Below the pieces are notes generated by a model, which was not told where the DNA came from, searched no databases, and worked only from the letters and a program-made list of their open reading frames with translations. A DNA stretch of 41,399 nucleotides, from contig CAYZEH010000002.1 of NCBI GenBank assembly GCA_964477135.1, positions 1 to 41,399 of the forward strand. Reading direction: 5' to 3'. Every line of letters begins with the position of its first letter. Position 1 is the stretch's first letter. The position numbers and the translations under genes are program-made. The stretch is from an uncultured Pirellulales bacterium. Lineage in GTDB: Bacteria > Planctomycetota > Phycisphaerae > Sedimentisphaerales > Anaerobacaceae. Shown here piece by piece: positions 16,246-25,180 of the stretch.

Positions 16246-17757
16246 TTGGTGCAAACTTTGGTTTTTAGTCCTGTCAAAATGGCATTGCTAATAGGGTGGT
16301 TTTTTCTGTGCTTTTGGCTTGCTCAACGAAGCCAGTACAGCTTATTAGTGCCAAAAGACAAAAAAACAATCGCAGCTTTGATGTCTTTGCTATTGGGACC
16401 AATCGCATTCGCCCTTTTTCTTTTTATCGACCTGGTAAAAAAGTCGTTTCAAAGCCAAAGCAGCATAATTGAACTTTTAAAAGAGTTCATTGCAAACATG
16501 TACAAAAAACAAGAGAACAGTGACGAATTCTCGATCAATCTCTTTGACTCAACCGGAAGAAACATTAAAGAAATCTACAGCCATGGCAGATCGAGCAGAG
16601 ATTTGCAGGTTCTTGACCTTACTACGGAAATAATATGGAAAGGGCTCGAACTTAATGCAAGCGATATTCTTATAGACCCGAAAGATGACTCGATATCTAC
16701 GGTAAGGCTTAGGATAGATGGGGTATTGAGAATCGTAGATCAGTTAGAAACAGATACCTGTCAGGCAGTGGTTAACAGTATCAAAGCAGTAGCCAATATG
16801 GATATAGCAGAAAGAAGAAGGCCTCAGGACGGAGCTTTTACCGCCAAAACAATTACAGGAAATGTTTCTTTCAGGGTAGCCAGTGCGGGCGTCTTAAATG
16901 GCGAGAAGCTTTCTATAAGGGTACTCAACCAGAATGCAAATCGATTTAGACTTGATAACATCGGTATTTCAAAAAAACAAGCGGCAATAATTGAAAATGC
17001 GATGAAAAAACCTTCCGGTATGATACTGATGTGCGGGCCTACCGGCAGCGGAAAAACTACCACTATGTACGGCATGTTGAATGAAATTGATTTCAGCCAG
17101 CGTAATGTGATCACGGTTGAGGATCCGATAGAGTATGTTCTGCCTCAGGCAAGTCAGATCGAGGTAAACCCAAAAGCTGATATCACTTTTGCAAAATCAT
17201 TAAGGAGTATTTTAAGGCAGGACCCGGATGTAATATGTGTTGGTGAGATTCGAGATGAAGAAACTGCAGCTATTGCCCTGAGGGCATCCCAAACGGGCCA
17301 TCTGGTACTTGCTACAATACATAGTAACAGCAATGCGGCAACAATTGTGAGGCTAATCGACCTGGGGATCAGTCCTCTGCTTATATCTACAGGTCTTAGC
17401 ATGCTTATATCTCAAAGGCTTGTGCGTAAACTTTGTAATAATTGTAAACAGCAGGCTAACCTTAGCCAGGCACAGATATTGAGCTTTAGAAAGAAAAAAA
17501 TTAATTACCTGAATATTTATGAAGGTGTCGGCTGTGAAAAATGTCATGGAACCGGATATCTCGGAAGAATAGCTATTTGTGATATGCTTGGTCTCGATGA
17601 TAATCTCAGGACACTTATCGCAAATGAAAAACTTGACATTGGTAAGCTAAGGCAAAGCGGTGACGAAAAAGGTAAATCTAATCTTAAGAAACAAGGATTG
17701 AGAAAGGTTGTCTCAGGAATAACAAGTCTGGATGAACTTAAACGGGTTTTAGGGTAA
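16246..17757 (+). CDS. GspE/PilB-family secretion ATPase with N-terminal transmembrane anchor (motifs intact)
   Basis: Walker A GPTGSGKT (17035-17058), Asp box TVEDPIEY, Walker B DPDVICVGEIRD, His box GHLVLATIHS, tetracysteine CNNC...CEKC. The first ~65 aa form two hydrophobic helices in place of the usual soluble N1/N2 domains. The start is uncertain (TTG 16246, GTG 16249 or ATG 16279). Confidence 0.8.
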   Translation: MVQTLVFSPVKMALLIGWFFLCFWLAQRSQYSLLVPKDKKTIAALMSLLLGPIAFALFLFIDLVKKSFQSQSSIIELLKEFIANMYKKQENSDEFSINLFDSTGRNIKEIYSHGRSSRDLQVLDLTTEIIWKGLELNASDILIDPKDDSISTVRLRIDGVLRIVDQLETDTCQAVVNSIKAVANMDIAERRRPQDGAFTAKTITGNVSFRVASAGVLNGEKLSIRVLNQNANRFRLDNIGISKKQAAIIENAMKKPSGMILMCGPTGSGKTTTMYGMLNEIDFSQRNVITVEDPIEYVLPQASQIEVNPKADITFAKSLRSILRQDPDVICVGEIRDEETAAIALRASQTGHLVLATIHSNSNAATIVRLIDLGISPLLISTGLSMLISQRLVRKLCNNCKQQANLSQAQILSFRKKKINYLNIYEGVGCEKCHGTGYLGRIAICDMLGLDDNLRTLIANEKLDIGKLRQSGDEKGKSNLKKQGLRKVVSGITSLDELKRVLG

Positions 17758-17761
17758 TTTT

Positions 17762-18415
17762 ATGGTCGTGCTTATTGGAATTATAGCTGGATTGATTTTT
17801 GCGTGGATGGCTATCAGGATGGGGCTTTATGTCACTTGGTCTGTCATGTTCAATCTAATTGTCTCAATTTATCTGGCTATATCCCTGGGCCCTGTTATTG
17901 CTGACAAGTTGCCATTAGAAGGCAGTTTCGGTGCAGCAGTTATTTTAGTCGGTTTTGCAGCAGCAGTCTTTACACTGCTTCAAGGCGCTTGTTATCTATT
18001 TATTACCAGCCAATACGAAATGTCTTTCCCAAAGCTTTTTGACAGCGTAACTTCCAGTATCATCGGCTTTTTAGCTGGAATGCTGATTGTAAGCTTCCTC
18101 TCTCTTCCAATAGGGATTATACGCCAAGGTCTGTCTGCTAAAAGTAGCTACAAAGAAAGTTCTCAATTGGCCAATTCAGCTTATCTTGACTTCTGGTACA
18201 ACACTATGCATTCACTGGTAGGAACAAAGGAGAATACACGAACAGAAAAGTTAATTGCTGAAATAATCAAAAACACCCAAAAAGTTAAAAGAGCCAAATC
18301 AACAACTAAAGCGGTTGAAACAGTCGAAATGGTTGAACCAAACGAGCCTGAAGTTGAAAAAGTTATAAAGGACGGACCTGGAGAACCGCCAGAATTTGAT
18401 TTTGACAAAATATAA
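17762..18415 (+). CDS. CvpA-like small polytopic membrane protein with charged C-terminal tail
   Basis: Four predicted TM helices. The N-terminus IGIIAGLIFAWMAIRMGLYVTWSVMFNLIVSIYLAISL resembles CvpA-family topology. The ATG is 4 nt after the upstream stop, consistent with translational coupling. Confidence 0.45.
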   Translation: MVVLIGIIAGLIFAWMAIRMGLYVTWSVMFNLIVSIYLAISLGPVIADKLPLEGSFGAAVILVGFAAAVFTLLQGACYLFITSQYEMSFPKLFDSVTSSIIGFLAGMLIVSFLSLPIGIIRQGLSAKSSYKESSQLANSAYLDFWYNTMHSLVGTKENTRTEKLIAEIIKNTQKVKRAKSTTKAVETVEMVEPNEPEVEKVIKDGPGEPPEFDFDKI

Positions 18416-18471
18416 ACAACCGGGGGAAAACTTCACAACTCACAAACTACGCACCATAGCCGGCGCATACA

Positions 18472-18513
18472 AAAGCGGACACACCGGTCGGCATATCCGC
18501 TTTTATTTTTTTT
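18472..18513. terminator. Bidirectional rho-independent terminator
   Basis: AAAGCGGA (18472-18479) pairs with TCCGCTTT (18496-18503) and is followed by TTTTATTTTTTTT on the + strand. On the minus strand the same stem is followed by TTTTGT. It sits between convergent genes. Confidence 0.7.
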
Positions 18514-18521
18514 AAATGTGC

Positions 18522-19523
18522 TTATTCAGCGTTTTCTTTTATGTATGCTATCAGCTCATCGACCTGAGCAAATGCAAGACCTGTCACTGTATCAGCAGCA
18601 CCATAGTAAATGGCGATCTTGCCGCTCGGTGCGTCCGTTAAGGCTGCACATGGGAAACAAACATTAGGAGTATCACCAACACATTCATAGTCTCTTTGTG
18701 GTGACAGCAGATAAGGTTTGCAACGATATTTAACTTTCCAAGGCTCATCAATATCAAGGATCGCACCACCCATGCTGTATACAAAACCGTTACAGCTTGT
18801 TAATACGCCGTGATAAATCATCAGCCAACCTTCCGTAGTTTCGATTGGGGTTGGTCCAGGACCTACTTTTGTACATTCCCAACTCATAACACCGCCACGT
18901 CTTGAGCCAAACAGGAATCTGTGTTTGCCCCAGTAGGTCATATCTTTGCTGCGACTAAGAAAAATGTCGCCGAAAGGAGTGTGTCCCGTATCAGAAGGTC
19001 TTGACAGCATTACAAATTCGCCATTGATCTTTCTCGGGAACAATACACCATTTCTGTTATAAGGCAAAAATGCATTTTCCAACTGGTGGAAAGTTTTGAA
19101 GTCCTCTGTGTATCCGACACCTATAGTGTAGCCGTTATAGTTATTGCACCAGATCACATAATATTTACCATCAACCAGGCAAACTCTGGGGTCATAACGT
19201 TCAATAGAATTAGCTATCTCAGGGTCATCACATTGGAATTTTATAGTTTCATTATCGATCTCAAAATTGATACCATCTTTACTGCGACCAGCGTGAAGGT
19301 CCATGTGTCTGCTTCGGTCGTCAACTCTGAATACGCCTGCAAATCCACCCTCGAAAGGCACCACCGCACTGTTAAATATCGCATTTGCGCACGGAATAAG
19401 ATTCCTGGGAATCACAGGATTGGCATCATAACGCCAAACAACATCATTCTTACAATCCGCCGGCTTATCCTGCCAAGGGATATTCGGCAAAGCTTCTCCA
19501 ATAATCGTCTGTTTTCCTGACAT
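18522..19523 (-). CDS. Glycoside hydrolase family 130 protein (beta-mannoside phosphorylase-type)
   Basis: 333 aa. N-terminal PWQDKP...VWRYDANPVIPRN...NSAVVPFEGGFAGVFRVDD and five-bladed propeller-like repeats are typical of GH130. Confidence 0.8.
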   Translation of the reverse strand: MSGKQTIIGEALPNIPWQDKPADCKNDVVWRYDANPVIPRNLIPCANAIFNSAVVPFEGGFAGVFRVDDRSRHMDLHAGRSKDGINFEIDNETIKFQCDDPEIANSIERYDPRVCLVDGKYYVIWCNNYNGYTIGVGYTEDFKTFHQLENAFLPYNRNGVLFPRKINGEFVMLSRPSDTGHTPFGDIFLSRSKDMTYWGKHRFLFGSRRGGVMSWECTKVGPGPTPIETTEGWLMIYHGVLTSCNGFVYSMGGAILDIDEPWKVKYRCKPYLLSPQRDYECVGDTPNVCFPCAALTDAPSGKIAIYYGAADTVTGLAFAQVDELIAYIKENAE

Positions 19524-19613
19524 ACAACTTTCCTTTTTAAATTAATATCTTACTTATTCCCCAATAACTAAAATGAAATCCAACGGACAAAAACCATCGT
19601 GCAGAATTACTTC

Positions 19614-20252
19614 TTATCGCATAATCCAGTTTTGCTCTTTGAATTTTAAAATCGCGTCTGATCGAAATAACGGATCGCCTCCAAGTTTGTAATCAAGCTC
19701 AAGGGTTTTCCTGAGAAAAACTTTCTTTGCATTACCATTTTCATCCTTAGCGGTCGGATGATCTAATTCAATTGTCTCATTGCTGAGCCCGGCAACAAAG
19801 AAGCTTACATTTTTAGCCTTCGGGGCAAAATCAGACCAGATAATCGCAACATCCTTTATATTGTCCTGCCCCTGAAGCACTTTATTGCTTGTCTTATCAA
19901 TAGACTCAAGGAACGGATATTGTTTCTGATGCCGACGTTTGATCTGGTTAAACACAGAAGGCGGCACATTTATGCCGGCTGGAACAATCTGAAATGTGTC
20001 TGTCATAAGCTCACATTTAGGATAAAAATCAACATCATCACCGGTTTCATTCGTCAATGTCATGATCATATACCAGAATCTTACCGGATGCCTTTGCCCT
20101 TCAAAACGAATCATTATTTGCTGTGGATGCTTATACTTGACATCTACTGTCCATTGCTGAGCTGACTGCACAATTGCCGGCGAAGGTGCTGCCTGACAAA
20201 AACTTCCACTGATAACCAATATTGCTGAAAAAAGATAAATGTATTTCTTCAT
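19614..20252 (-). CDS. Secreted hypothetical protein
   Basis: 212 aa with a clear signal peptide (MKKYIYLFSAILVISGSFCQA). No recognisable domain. Confidence 0.6.
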   Translation of the reverse strand: MKKYIYLFSAILVISGSFCQAAPSPAIVQSAQQWTVDVKYKHPQQIMIRFEGQRHPVRFWYMIMTLTNETGDDVDFYPKCELMTDTFQIVPAGINVPPSVFNQIKRRHQKQYPFLESIDKTSNKVLQGQDNIKDVAIIWSDFAPKAKNVSFFVAGLSNETIELDHPTAKDENGNAKKVFLRKTLELDYKLGGDPLFRSDAILKFKEQNWIMR

Positions 20253-20438
20253 ATTATGTATGCCTTAACAGAAAACTACAAAGCCGGCTCAAAACTCTTA
20301 AACATTCATTCAGCTTATGATTTTACAATAAAACATGATAATATCCAAGTATATTTTCCGACTTTTTAGCTTCTATTTGAAAGCCTGTAAAACATCATCG
20401 GCGAATTATAAAGACTTTTAGCCCGCATTTGCAAACTA

Positions 20439-20542
20439 TTATACCCTTCAGGGTAAGAAATTTCCGCGAGAAAAGTTATAATCCTGATGTATATTGTGAT
20501 ACCCGCGGATAAGCGGGAAAACTCAACTGTGAGTAGTATATA
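20439..20542 (+). repeat. Mosaic intergenic repeat, copy F (H1 - 2b - X - 3b)
   Basis: TTATACCCTTCAGGGTAAGAAATTTCCGCGAGAAAAGTTATAATCCTGATGTATATTGTGATACCCGCGGATAAGCGGGAAAACTCAACTGTGAGTAGTATATA. Collinear with copy B. Located in a divergent intergenic region 124 nt upstream of mgtE. Confidence 0.9.
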
Positions 20543-20665
20543 TTCGATATTACAGCAAGATAGACGATTATTGCCGAAAAAACCTTTGCTTAATGATAAA
20601 AATTCAGTTAGCTTAACCTGCCATAGTACTGGTCTTAAATAGCAACATTAGCAGAGGTTACTCTT

Positions 20666-22066
20666 ATGTCAGACGAAAAAAAACAGCTATTGCAGCAACT
20701 CGAACCCTTAATTGAACAAGGAAACAGAGACCTCATAGCAGAGTTGCTCAAGGACCGCCGAAGCAGTGATATCGCTGAAATCGTGGAAACTTTCGACAGC
20801 GAAGAGTCTCGGCTTATTTTCGATTCCCTCGACAAAGAAACATCCGCCGAGATTCTTGAAAAAGTTGACGAAGCCACCAGGTCAGAACTTTTCGATGTAC
20901 TAAGTTTGCAAGAGATAACATCATTAGTCTCTGAAATGGACCCCGATGACGCAGCAGACGTTCTCATGGAACTGTCGGAAGAAGGGATCGCAGAAGTAGT
21001 CGATCAGCTGGAGCCGGAAGAATCTGCCAAGATAAAAAAACTAATGCAGTATTCTGAGGATTCCGCGGGCGGTATTATGGACCCCGTAGTTATCTCGGTT
21101 GATGAAAACGCAACTGTTGCTGAAGCAATAAATAAAATTCGCTCCGCTGAATTAGATGAAGACTTCTACAGCGTATACGTTGTGAATAAACACCGGTTAT
21201 TCCTCGGCGACGTACGTATAAGACTACTGTTGATAAACTCAGAAGATACAAAAATCAGCAAGCTTATCGACCCTGATACAATGTATGTCACAGCTGACGC
21301 CGATCAGGAAGAAGTGCGAAATATCTTCAGTAAAAACGATCTGATAGTTGTCCCCGTACTGGACAGACACCATAAACTTATAGGCCGAATTACCGCTGAC
21401 CGTATTATCGAAGTCGCAGAAGAAGAGGCAGCTGAGGACCTCTACGCAATGGCTGGTACCGATGCGAACGAGCTCGATACCATCTCAAGTATCAATGCAG
21501 CGAAGGTAAGAATGACCTGGCTGCTGCCATGTCTGATAGGCACGGGAATAACTGCTCTGGTAATTATGTTATTTCATAAGGTCTTCAGCTTAGACAGCAT
21601 GGGATTGGTATTCACCTCAGCTGTTCCTTTCGTACCGATGGTCGGTGCTTTAAGTGGAAATGCCGGACTCCAGACCTCTGCGATTGTTATCTCAGGCCTT
21701 GCAACAGGCCACCTCGCAGCTGAAAGATTGGGGCAGGTCTTTATGCGTGAAGTCAAAATTGCCTTAGTCGTTGCTATCTGCTGCGGAATAATTGGTGCCG
21801 TGGTGTGCAGCTTCCTGCCAAGCCTGATGGGCAATGAAAACGCAGCAACTATCGAATTCTCTAAGCATCTCAGGATAGTTATGGCATTTGGCATCTCGAT
21901 GTTTTCAGCTATAATGATAGCTACAACATTAGGGCTTTTCCTGCCGTTTTTGTTTAGAAAAATAGGTATAGACCCTGCTATCAGTTCTGGTCCATTGGTT
22001 ACTACTGCTAACGACTCAATCAGTGCAACTATCTTTATGCTTCTCACATTTTTGCTCACAAAATAA
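20666..22066 (+). CDS. mgtE: Magnesium transporter MgtE
   Basis: 466 aa with an N-terminal acidic MgtE_N domain, a tandem CBS pair and a five-helix C-terminal channel domain (GNAGLQTSAIV motif). Confidence 0.92.
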   Translation: MSDEKKQLLQQLEPLIEQGNRDLIAELLKDRRSSDIAEIVETFDSEESRLIFDSLDKETSAEILEKVDEATRSELFDVLSLQEITSLVSEMDPDDAADVLMELSEEGIAEVVDQLEPEESAKIKKLMQYSEDSAGGIMDPVVISVDENATVAEAINKIRSAELDEDFYSVYVVNKHRLFLGDVRIRLLLINSEDTKISKLIDPDTMYVTADADQEEVRNIFSKNDLIVVPVLDRHHKLIGRITADRIIEVAEEEAAEDLYAMAGTDANELDTISSINAAKVRMTWLLPCLIGTGITALVIMLFHKVFSLDSMGLVFTSAVPFVPMVGALSGNAGLQTSAIVISGLATGHLAAERLGQVFMREVKIALVVAICCGIIGAVVCSFLPSLMGNENAATIEFSKHLRIVMAFGISMFSAIMIATTLGLFLPFLFRKIGIDPAISSGPLVTTANDSISATIFMLLTFLLTK

Positions 22067-22161
22067 AATAATTATCGGACGAAATCGCCAAAAATACGCA
22101 AACTAACGCCCAAGCCACCTTTTTAAGCTGAAAACAAACAATTATTGTTTAAGTACACTTA

Positions 22162-22189
22162 TTGACAAACCGATGCAAAGCCTTATAAT
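22162..22189 (+). promoter_or_regulatory. Near-consensus sigma70 promoter for the pilT module
   Basis: TTGACA (22162-22167), 16 nt spacer, TATAAT (22184-22189), about 110 nt upstream of the GTG at 22301. Confidence 0.6.
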
Positions 22190-22300
22190 GGGATGGTTTA
22201 GGGGTAACGATGATTTGTTTACTGTTAATTGCCTGCTTTAACAAACAGTGTCTTTTGTAACTATTTGTTATTTGAGGTTTTAATATTATAGGAGTTTTTT

Positions 22301-23434
22301 GTGATTGATGGACAACCGATAGGCAGTCATGTAACACTTGATCATGACCCGGAAATTAATAAATTTTTCAGAGCTGCAATCAAGGTAGCCGCCAGTGACC
22401 TCCACCTCAAAGTAGGCATGGTTCCAAAATTAAGAATCAATGGTTCTTTAAAAAATACTACAGGTGACAAATTAACCGAGGAATTTGCAGAAAAGTTGAT
22501 ATTTGAAATTGTCACTGAGGGGCAGAAGAAGTTCTTCCTTGAAAAAGGCGCTCTTGACTTTGCACATCAAGTCGGCCCTGCTGACAGATTCCGTGTTAAT
22601 ATCTTCCGTCAACGTGGTTTTATAAGTCTTGCTGCAAGACATATTACAAGCAATATCCCGGCATTTGAAAGCCTTCACATGCCGAAGACCGTTGAAAAGA
22701 TAGCTGAGAACCATGCCGGAATGGTACTTGTTACAGGCCCAACCGGTTGTGGTAAAAGTACTACTATCGCTTCTATGATCGACCACATAAACCGTACCAG
22801 GCCCTGTCACATCGTTACCATCGAAGACCCATTGGAGTTTTTGCATAACGACAAAAAAGCTATCGTTTCGCAAAGAGAGATAGGAATAGACGTCCCGGAT
22901 TTCGAAGCTGCACTGAAATCTCTTATGCGTCAGGACCCTGACGTTGTTCTCGTTGGGGAGATCAGGGATAATGAAACACTAACTGCTGCAATGAGAGCTG
23001 CTGAAACGGGGCATATGGTATTCGGAACTCTGCACTCTGTTAGTGCAGCTCAGACTATCCAGAGAATTCTTGATATGTTCCCGCAGGAAGAAAGGGGTCT
23101 GGCAAGACAGACTTTTGCTTTAACTATCAGGGCTATTGTCAGTCAGCAACTTCTGCCGGGTATTAAGCCTGAAGCTAAGAGAATACCTGCTATTGAGATC
23201 CTGATAGCTAACCCGATCGTAAGGAAGCTCATCTCTGAAGAAAGAGAGGCTGACATCCCAGCTGCCATAAAAGCATGTCAGAATGAAGGTATGCAGGATT
23301 TCACTGAGTCGCTGCGAATACTTATCCTGGAAGAGTGGATAGACCTGAAAGTCGGTCTTGACTACGCACCGAATGTCGAAGAGTTGAAAATGGCACTAAA
23401 GGGGATCAGAAGTTCTACAAGCGGTATCCTGTAA
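22301..23434 (+). CDS. pilT: Type IV pilus retraction ATPase PilT/PilU family (motifs intact)
   Basis: GTG start after TAGGAG. Motifs: ASDLHLKVG, Walker A GPTGCGKST, TIEDPLEF, DPDVVLVGEIRD, GHMVFGTLHS. Confidence 0.88.
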   Translation: MIDGQPIGSHVTLDHDPEINKFFRAAIKVAASDLHLKVGMVPKLRINGSLKNTTGDKLTEEFAEKLIFEIVTEGQKKFFLEKGALDFAHQVGPADRFRVNIFRQRGFISLAARHITSNIPAFESLHMPKTVEKIAENHAGMVLVTGPTGCGKSTTIASMIDHINRTRPCHIVTIEDPLEFLHNDKKAIVSQREIGIDVPDFEAALKSLMRQDPDVVLVGEIRDNETLTAAMRAAETGHMVFGTLHSVSAAQTIQRILDMFPQEERGLARQTFALTIRAIVSQQLLPGIKPEAKRIPAIEILIANPIVRKLISEEREADIPAAIKACQNEGMQDFTESLRILILEEWIDLKVGLDYAPNVEELKMALKGIRSSTSGIL

Positions 23435-23446
23435 TTTTAATTTCAA

Positions 23447-25126
23447 ATGGAGCATCTCATGCCTGATTTATTATTGACTTCTGTTATTTTTGGAAGCTAT
23501 ATATCGATAGTAAAGCTTATTGTTTTTATGGCTCTGTTCTTTGGTTGGCTTTGGCTTATAACCTGGGTATATGATGACGCAATAACAGTTGAAACGAAAG
23601 AAGTATTCTGGAGTTCCTTAGTCTTTGGCATCGGTGCCGGTGCCGCTTTACTGTGGATGATGATTCCAATGTTCGCGATAGGTTTAGCCGTATATATACT
23701 GGCTGTGGGCATAAGTTCAATCCTTTATACAACACACCGCAACACAAGGGTAATGCAATCGGATAAAATATTAACACTTAAACACATACAAAGCCTTTTA
23801 ACCAAAAAAGATAAAAATGCCAAAGTTCAGATAAAAGGCTTTACTTTCTACACCGCAAATAAAAATGAAGTTCCAAAACCCGAAGCCAAAAGTAAGGACT
23901 TCCATGGATACAAAGCTGCTCATGACATTATAAATGACGCTTTGGAAAAAAGAACCAGCAGCATTATTTTCTCTCCAACACCACATAATTATTCAATTGC
24001 TTACAATATCGACGGTGTAAATTTAAAACAGCCGGAAATGGAAGTGCAACTGACACACTACCTCATTCGTTTTCTGAAACAATTAGCGGACCTCAACATC
24101 GAAGAAAAACGAAAACCGCAAAGCGGAAGGTTCAGAATAAGAAAAGATGATGATATTACTGACTGGGAAATTCTCTGTGCCGGCTCAACAGCAGGCGAGC
24201 AATTCCAACTCAGGCTCATGACACAGGAAGTAGAAGAAAGGGTGTCAGATATCGGTTTGCTGCCTAAGCAATTAACAGCAATTGATCAGCTCAAAAATGT
24301 TAAACATGGAATTGTTCTGGTAACAGGCCCAAAACGAAGCGGTGTTACTACGACATTCTACGCAATGCTCAGAAATCATGACGCATTCCTGAATAGTATA
24401 AACACTTTCGAAAGAAAACCAACTGCTGTATTACCAAATATAATACAGGATACTTTCGAATTGACTGATACGGGAACTTCTACATTCTCTAAACGTCTGA
24501 GAAGTATTTACAGAATGGGCCCGGATATCGTAGGCGTTGCAGGATGCCATGACAGTGACACCGCCAAAGAAATATGCAATGCCGCCCAGAATGATATTCT
24601 TAGTTATGTAGTCATCGAAGCTGACAGCGTAACGAAAGCACTGTCTAAATGGATCAAATTGGTCGGAGACCGAAAATTAGCCACGGAAACACTGTCCGGA
24701 ATTTGCAACCAGAGGTTACTAAGAAAACTCTGTGAAGAATGCAAACAGGGATACAGTCCTAATAAGGAACTGCTCAGAAAATTCAACCTTCCTGCCGATA
24801 AAACTAAAGTTATGTACCGCGAGGGTAAAGTAATATACGACAAACATGGCAAACCTTCAACCTGCCCGCAATGTCACGGTATCGGTTTCATCGGAAGAAC
24901 CGGCATATTTGAAATGATATTATTGAATGATAACTTAAGACAGGCGATGTTAAAAGCCAAGTCAATGCAGGAAATTGGTTCTGTTTTCAGAGGTGCTAAA
25001 ATGCTTTACCTTCAGGAACAGGGCCTTAACAAAGTCATTGCAGGGGTAACATCTATCAATGAGATGATAAGGGCTTTGTCATCTTCAGCGTTAAATGTAA
25101 AAAAACCAGTTAAAAAGAATAATTAG
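23447..25126 (+). CDS. Membrane-anchored GspE/PilB-like protein with degenerate ATPase motifs (predicted pseudo-ATPase)
   Basis: It has the same fold signature as the 16246 protein (KRKPQSGRFRI, C-terminal CEEC...CPQCHG). Walker A is GPKRSGVT (24326-24349, Lys replaced by Val). The Asp box is TFERKPT, Walker B is GPDIVGVAGCHD and the His box is DILSYVVIEAD. The N-terminal ~95 aa form three hydrophobic helices. Confidence 0.75.
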   Translation: MEHLMPDLLLTSVIFGSYISIVKLIVFMALFFGWLWLITWVYDDAITVETKEVFWSSLVFGIGAGAALLWMMIPMFAIGLAVYILAVGISSILYTTHRNTRVMQSDKILTLKHIQSLLTKKDKNAKVQIKGFTFYTANKNEVPKPEAKSKDFHGYKAAHDIINDALEKRTSSIIFSPTPHNYSIAYNIDGVNLKQPEMEVQLTHYLIRFLKQLADLNIEEKRKPQSGRFRIRKDDDITDWEILCAGSTAGEQFQLRLMTQEVEERVSDIGLLPKQLTAIDQLKNVKHGIVLVTGPKRSGVTTTFYAMLRNHDAFLNSINTFERKPTAVLPNIIQDTFELTDTGTSTFSKRLRSIYRMGPDIVGVAGCHDSDTAKEICNAAQNDILSYVVIEADSVTKALSKWIKLVGDRKLATETLSGICNQRLLRKLCEECKQGYSPNKELLRKFNLPADKTKVMYREGKVIYDKHGKPSTCPQCHGIGFIGRTGIFEMILLNDNLRQAMLKAKSMQEIGSVFRGAKMLYLQEQGLNKVIAGVTSINEMIRALSSSALNVKKPVKKNN

Positions 25127-25180
25127 ACAATCACGTTAAATAACGGATTTTCTTTATAAAGCTAATTTGGAGAAAAATTG

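Noticed and set aside
20543-20665. M-box (ykoK) magnesium riboswitch upstream of mgtE
   Set aside because: The 124 nt between repeat copy F and the ATG is too short for the M-box and is AT-rich. I could not find the conserved M-box helices or core sequence. Only cmscan could exclude it fully.
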